A stretch of DNA of 64,000 bases, taken from Takakia lepidozioides (lineage: Eukaryota > Plantae > Bryophyta). Made by a program: the position numbers and the translations under genes. The stretch's first letter is position 1; the number at the start of each line of letters is the position of its first letter. Shown piece after piece: positions 56,830 to 64,000 of the stretch. The notes below the pieces were generated by a model. It ran no database searches. It worked only from the letters and a program-made list of their open reading frames with translations, and had not been told where the DNA came from. Where the stretch lies: contig CM060734.1 in the NCBI GenBank assembly GCA_030704615.1, forward strand, positions 21,886,001 through 21,950,000, read 5' to 3'.

Positions 56830-57162
56830 TCTCTTCCACTGCTCGTGCTTCACACCAGCTTGCCTTCACACCTTCCAAGTTCCTTCTCTCGTGCACGTCC
56901 ATTCATCCATTCATCCATTCATGACTTGGAACATACATTTGGTCAAGATTTTCTTTCTGAACATAAATATTAGATTAACTTTAACTGTATTAGGTGAATG
57001 ATTTGAAGTTTACTAATTACCGTTACCTTCGTTAGTGTGCTGGACTTCGCGTGCATGTACAGTTACGATGGGTTTGCAGCTTCACGGCGCTCTTCGCACA
57101 ACACGGCGACTGTGCTGTGCTTGCCAGAAATTGCTCTGCTGCGCTGACATTGCGCGCTTGCA

Positions 57163-60100
57163 ATGCCTCCCAAATTGAGCAAGAAGGAGAAGGCGGCTTT
57201 GAAAAAGCTGGAGAAAGGTTCGTGGAATGTCCTGCTTTATTTGCATGTCTTTCCTTGTTGTTTTGAGTCCCTTTTGAGTACGGGAGGTAGACGAACAGCT
57301 TGTCAGATTCTCGTTGTCCGCGGTGTTCATTATTTGTGTCCCGCGGGAGGTTGTGATATGCACGGAAACTAGGTGCATATTGAGCAGGCGATCGTGGAAT
57401 TTAAGCAGTTCTGTTGCAAAGAATTCAGTATTTCATGAGTCTCGCACGCACCTGTATGTTTTTATCTAAGGAAGGAGGGAAAAGATTGCAAGACACTGGT
57501 TCGTTCAATGTGTAACACAGGTAGCCTGTTGTGCAGCACAATATGCGGAAATTGATCGCAGATTGGAACAAGGTACTGTGTGTATCCTCAACTCAGTAAG
57601 GCATAGTTACTCTGCATGCACTAGGAATGAGTGAATTGCTTCCGGCCTTAACTGTTTGATAATCGATGACTAGTGTTTGTACACTCGTAGCTTTCCTGAC
57701 CAGTCGCCTGACCGGCAATGCTAAGGTTTGCAGAACGGCTCCTGAAGGATATGCTGGAGGAGGCCAGGCTAAAGCTGGAAGCAAAGCTTGCCTATGAAGC
57801 GGAGCAGGCATGGTTGAAGGCTGAGAGGGGCGTCTGGCCGCTGAAACTGAAAGTCTGCACCCCTTCCTTACTTGGCGTAACGCCTCCTTAGCGAAGATTC
57901 AAGCCGACGCCCTTAGCGTGCTTGATGTATGAAGCTTTAACCGCAGGACTCACTAGTCTTTTTTTGTGCAACCCGGGACTCCTTGATTCAGACTTCTTCA
58001 AGTAGCGAAAAATTATCTTTCCATCCACTCCGTTCCAAGTGACATACTGTCCACAAATATGTGTGCATTGTGCCCTGACAACATCCTTTGGGTGGGAACT
58101 GGGCCAGTGGAATCAATATTTGGATACTTCAGGACTACCTCATGCTTCCAAGGAGAGCTCAGTCAACACTTACTTGGATGCTCTGTATGCTACGTTTGAC
58201 ACTGATTGTGACAGCATGCTGCAGACTCTGCTGGACATCTACAAGGTTGTGTCTCCTTGCCTTCTCTCCAGACTTAAGCTTGCAAAGATTGTGCAGCAAA
58301 AATGTTGCATTTTAAGTTTGATGTACAAAATGGGCTGGAGGAGTGGTACGGTCAAACATGATGTGATGTGTACACGTGATGTTGTACATCTGTGGTTGTT
58401 ACTACTAATGTGCAGGTGGCTGCAGTGGCATAGGAGCTTGCGTTAGGGGAGGACCAAAAGGGAAACGCTAAATTAGCTGCCAAGTAATTTATACTCCGGT
58501 TTCCTGTTAACTTGTACGAGAACTTGAATTGCCGAAGACGGTTATGGTCAGGTCCCACTTTTAAACGTAGTGGTTGGAGTATTGTACTACTGTGGGGTTA
58601 GAGTGTTGTGTTGCCTCGTCTTTCGGTTCATGAAGTGCTGGTGGGATCAGAAAGAGAAGTTAGACTGCAAGCAAGAGTTGCCAATGAAGGCATAAATCTG
58701 AGGGGAAAGAGTGCGGGTGTTGGGAGGCATGGTGTAGATATAGAGGCTACATGCAGAAGCTGGAGCAGGCGGCTAATACACGGCTGGACTGGACTGCCAA
58801 CTATCTCCTTCAAGTAAATGGTGCTGTCTTGTTATCCTTGCATGCATTTGCTCTCACCCTTGAGGATGCCTTGCACTGTTAATTGTGCTAGTTTTCTATT
58901 CCAAACAGTTGAAGTATGAGCAAGGTAGCAGATAGATCACTCAGATTGGAATACCGTAACACCCAGGAGGTATGGCTAGATTGCTATCATGGCTGTAAGA
59001 GATGACCCCACTGTGTGCATGTGCTCTTTACTACTGAAATCCATGAGGCTGGCTGGCAGCAGTCACATGACATCTGGAAGGAGAAGGGAGAGTGCATAGT
59101 TTGTGGGAAGGTCAGGGAGTGGAAGCTTGCATTGTGGATAAATCACGCCAAGAATCCATGTTTTCGTCTTCTCAAGCTGCCTGAGATCTCTATTGTCGTG
59201 AATCTCCCGAAAACATTTGCATTGGCCAATGTGGCTGTTCGGCTGCTACATCAGACTGTCAATCCTCTGTATCGGTCCCAAAATACGTACATACCCCTGG
59301 TGAGAGCTTCCGTAAACATTTGATTTACTTTTGTTACAAGGAAACCAAAATGTACTAAGAAACTACCAAATATCAAGCCTACAAACTAAATAGATCATTC
59401 GATCACTCTGTAGTTACGATTTTGACACAAGTGAACCTGACTGGTTAACTGCAATGAGAAGGCAAGGCTGTGGGTCACTTACATGGAAGCTGCTCTTGGA
59501 ATGAAGGGTGGAGTGTTCGTGATTGATGTGCTGGCTTTGCCAAATCCGCCCAAAGTTGTGAAGACTTGGACTCTTGAAAATAGTATGTTCAATCACGCTT
59601 CATGCTCATTCTCTACAATTGGAACGCATATTACTCTAGAGTCAAATGTGATTCCAAGTTACAGCCATTGATAACCCATAATGAACTATGGTTGTTCTCA
59701 TAACATTATCTATAGAGAAACCAAGCTGATAAAATGCCTATGCCATGTGACGTGAGTTGCAGTGGCAGCTACGGCAATGGTGCTGAACTTGGGGTATCCC
59801 ATTCCGGTTGTTGGACAGGCTGCCCCCAGTGCTGCTGCCCAAGCCAGTGTGCTTCCCATTGGTGTTGAGATGCATATCCCTGCCTTCATTATCCATTGGA
59901 ATCCCACTCCAGAGCTTGGGTGGTGGGATTCGGTAAATCTCCCCCCAATCTTCCTGTTTTATGCCCCTTAAGTGCCATCTTTGGGATGCTTTATATCTAG
60001 AAAAATGCGTGTATCGTCAGAGAATATGTGTGATGGGATGGGAAAAAGAGGCCTACCATCTTCATTGGAGGTTCACTCTGAAGGTGCGAAAGCCCAGAGC

Positions 60101-63100
60101 AGAAACCATGAAAGCAGGTGGCATGTTATGTTTATTGGAGTCCACTTTGAAGTGCCAGGCCTTACCTCGTGCATGGGCGTACGCCGTGGCAAGAGGGAGC
60201 GCGAGCACGTCCAGAAATTCACACATGAGAAAAAGAGAGAGAGAGAGGGAGATGTGTAATCTCCTGAGAGAATGCAGGCCTTTTATCCATTTGGTATTCA
60301 AGTCCAAGGATAGAACTACATTGTAGAGGGAGAGCCTTATGAGAATGGGTCTGGTATGCGCACTCCCTTACGGGGTGAGTGCATACCAAACACACTCCAT
60401 AAGGGACTGCCATACCAGGGGTTGGATGGTGGGTGCCCCCTCTCTCCCTCTCTCCAATTATCTGTTTGGGATTAACAATTTTTTTCCTAAGCCTATCTGG
60501 TTTGGAAATACCTTCTTTCTAATCCCTAATGGAATATGTTTTGGATTTCATCCATACCACACTGTTTGTGCCTCCCTCTTTGTTTGTTTTTTGATGTCAA
60601 AATGTGCCACACAGGGCCAGTCTGTCATATAACAAGCACTGAACATCTACACGACAACACCTGGCCAAGTTCGATCCCACCAATGTATGAGAAAGGAATG
60701 CTCCACTCTCAGCTCTCGTAGGTTGGTTAATGTGTGCTCGTTACATTTCTAAGATTTTCACTAGAGTATGTGCACAGGAAACACTGGAAAGGTAGGAGAT
60801 CTGATACTCTCACCCTGTGCACCCTCTGCACAGGAAGAACAGTGCTGGCAGATGGAGGGTATCACAGAGATTGCGTATGTGGCGGCTGAGCATAAACTGT
60901 CATTCCAGTCGACAAAAGCCAAGCCACTGGCTGTTGTTCAAGTACTTACAATTCTTAACATCTTACCAGCATTCAACTCCTCCAGACATGTGCAGGAACA
61001 ACTAGCATGCCTTGTAAAACCCCTTACAAGTAGAGGAAATCATTTGCATGTCAAAACACTAATACCCAAACCTTCAATCTGATGGAAAATGGAGTTTTCT
61101 ACAACCAGCTGATCTCTACAGCATATATAGAAACATGATTTTCCATGCAATATTGCTTAAAATTCTGGAACAAGGAAGGTTTCGAACACAAGTTTCTTGC
61201 AAGTGCACGCACGTCATTGAGTACAACCTTAATATACGTAAGACTCTTTCCCGATCTCTGTGATTTGCTTGCAGCAGTTGTATCTCGAAAGCATTCAATA
61301 TACATGTAGTTGGAAACTGGGCAGTGTGCATGTGGTCAGGATATCTCTACAGGAATTTGACTCCTGTGGTCAGTGGACAGTTGAGGGTGATGGTACACAG
61401 CTAATAGGGTTCCAAGGTGTGTGCAGAGCCGGGTGCGGCAGCTGCCATATACAGCATGGAACATCCGGCCCACTTCCAGCTGCACTTACTCTTCAGACAC
61501 CCAGTCTAAACATCTCCATCAGCATTGGTGATGGCTGGTGCCAGTTGCTAGACCCGCAAATTGCAGAATGCAGGGACATTCAAGCCCAGAAGCTGCCCCC
61601 TAAAGTTCTACTCAAGGTTCTTAACCATCTTTGAGGCCTTGACTAGGACCCCAAGTAACAAGAAAATGGCTAATCTGGTTGTATGAAGACTCCTCACTTG
61701 AATATTTGAGTGTGGGGGATGCTGGTAGGCACAATTTAGCGCACAAGATAGTAGTCTTTTGGGGTGAAGAGATACCAGCTACTTTTAGTTGGAGTGTTTC
61801 AGTGCACAGTGTGCGAGGGAAAGGTATTATTAATGGGTGCGCAAAGACCATTCACATTTAGCACACCTCATCACCATGTACATAATTGCATTCTTCACGA
61901 GATGTCTGAAATCATCTCCTGCACAACAAAACAGAGCTGTACAGGCTGGTGATTGTCTCCAGGATCTACTACATAGTTTCGTGTTTCATACTGTTTAGAC
62001 AACAGGTCAAGAATGGGCTCACTGGTCAAGGATTTCTTCAAAGAACTGGCAGGGTAAGATATAAGCAAGTGCGTTGTATATACATAACTGCTTCACTACT
62101 GTACTAATGTGTTAACGAAATGGCAACAGGAAGCCTGTGAACTAGTGTGTGATGCGAATAATTTTTGTGCTAACTACAGAATTTGTCACAATGCGGCTTG
62201 AGTTTGCTACCCGAGGATGATGATGCACCCTTCATTGATGCTACTCTGAAGGTATCTCTTCAAAACCTGATGGATCCATCAAATTGGGATACCTGTTGCT
62301 TAAGTATAAATCCTGCAGCACCAATATTCTTCCTATTTTTTTGATCGTTCACCATGGACGAGCAATTCCAATTGCGAGTTCCAGCTCAGATAGACCTTAT
62401 CATCAACTTTGCTTGGTGGCAATATGTTCATAGTGACAGTGATAATCAATATGGCATACTTTTGGTGAAATATTGAGGGGTGAAGTGGCACTATATGCCA
62501 CCTTCCTCCCTTCAGTTCCGAATAGTATCAATTGCTGCTGAGAGTTTACCATAATTGGTTTTTGAGCAAGCTTAAGAGTGTTTTCCTTTCGTTTGAATCA
62601 ATGTGACGCACCACACAACATGACAGCACAGTGAAGCCTCGCAAGTACTTTGGTCTTGCCCCTTCACTCCTACTTCACTGCAAAGAGGAAACGGAAGTGT
62701 TTCAGTCTCCTGCTTCCAAGGGCATGGTGAGGTCAAAAGCCATACCTGAGCACTACAATCAGACTTGCATGCCAACTATAGATGCCAGTAGTTGTATATA
62801 TCAGAATCTGTAAGCAGTAGTCGTCGTGAGGGCTTTGCCTGACACTCGTTACAACTGGGGGGTCGTTGCCCAACTGTAAAAAGGAGGTCGAAGTGGAAAA
62901 GATTATATGCCGCGACATGGCCCTGGCAGTGCCCGCCTTCACACTGGCCAGCAGCAGCTTGAACGCCACAGTGGGTAGCGATGTCTGTGTCGTGCGTATT
63001 CAGGAAATTCCCGAAGCTCTCTATCCTGGTGCCTCATTTTCTTCCATCCCATTAGACCTAAAAAAAAAAAAACCGCGGACGTTATAAAGCACCATTTCAT

Positions 63101-63790
63101 TTCTCTCGTCATAAAGTTCCATTTCACTCATTTCATTTGTCTTTCTAGTCCAGTGTACCCAGAGACTCTGAGGACCAATTACTTGGACTTAGTTGCCATA
63201 GAAACTCTGTGTCAGCGATTGAGGTCTAGATTTTCATGGTATGGTGGGTCATGCATGGTCGGGGAGCAGAGCAAAGTGGTGAAGACGGTGGTATACAGGA
63301 CCAAGGGCAGTTCACTGCTGCACTACTCTGACAAGCTTCCGAATTACGCTGATCACGTAGCTGGCGGTATCAACCCCATCGCCTCTTTCCTTGCACTTAA
63401 TTGCTCCACATCTGAACGTGCCTAGTTGATGTACCGAACTTGCATGAGCATCTAGAGCCATCCAGCAAATCAATTGGACCGATTTCGCGACTTACACGCA
63501 ACCATCACACGCTCATAGTTGGGTACGCTGAAATCGAATGCTGCAGGATCTGTAAAGTTGCCACTGCTACAGGTTGTTGATAGCAAGACACTTGAGTAAT
63601 ATGTTACAAAATACGTTGTGACACATTGTGCGCGTGTTGATGCTCTACAGTATCATTCGAGTATGCTGATGACTCTGCGCGGCAACTGCTTGGACACATC
63701 CCGAACGAAGATGAGTCGGGCAATCCGGCCTTCACGGAGTGTGTGAAGGACCTGGCTTACGCTCTCCGCCTCTTCAGCTTTGGGCCCTGA
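57163..63790 (+). pseudogene. DNAI7: Dynein axonemal intermediate chain 7 (IC97/CASC1/CFAP94) homolog, multi-exon, disrupted
   Basis: MPPKLSKKEK..., WNQYLD..GLPH, LWINHAKNP...LPKTFALANVAVR, GGVFVIDVLALP.PPK.VKTWTL, SRVRQLPYTAWNIRP and C-terminal YALRLFSFG. Lesions: frameshift ~57829, in-frame TAG 58431-58433, frameshift ~61478. Confidence 0.8.
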
Positions 63791-64000
63791 TTTGGCTTAT
63801 ACTCTCCAATCCGCAACTTGCTGGATACATCCTCAGGCAGAAGACGGTGTGTGCAAGAGCATTACCACACCCATGACAATCGTGAGGGGTGAGTTCCGAA
63901 GACATGGTTGGTGAAGCAATCTCAAAATAGCAGAAACCTTCCCAGCCAGCATCTTTGATTTCAAGTCTCTTGCGCTTCGAATTATAAACACAACTGTTCC

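Overview
Repeat-rich eukaryotic nuclear DNA with spliceosomal introns, PLS-type PPR repeats and an axonemal dynein gene. This points to a land plant with flagellated sperm (bryophyte, lycophyte or fern; inference). About 1-48.4 kb is a patchwork of nested, mostly dead TEs (LINEs, tRNA-derived SINEs, a solo LTR, two nested Ty3/gypsy elements, hAT and CACTA remnants) plus PPR, EF-Tu and OSB gene fragments. 49-64 kb holds an apparently intact 19-exon NAA25 gene and a multiply disrupted DNAI7/CFAP94 (IC97) gene. The most striking object is a ~11.5 kb Mutator-like (MULE) DNA transposon. It has a GCM-like/DDE/SWIM transposase and a divergently oriented, intron-containing passenger gene that fuses a ParB/Srx-like domain to a bacterial-type beta-class amino (6mA/4mC) DNA-methyltransferase-like domain. 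The introns of that gene carry about 13 copies of a 24-bp palindrome (parS-like). The element inserted into an EF-Tu intron with a 10-bp TSD (TTAAGTAAAC). A later ~2.6 kb inversion (~15.95-18.53 kb) flipped its left end and split the methyltransferase across both strands. All family assignments are by eye from motifs; no searches were run.
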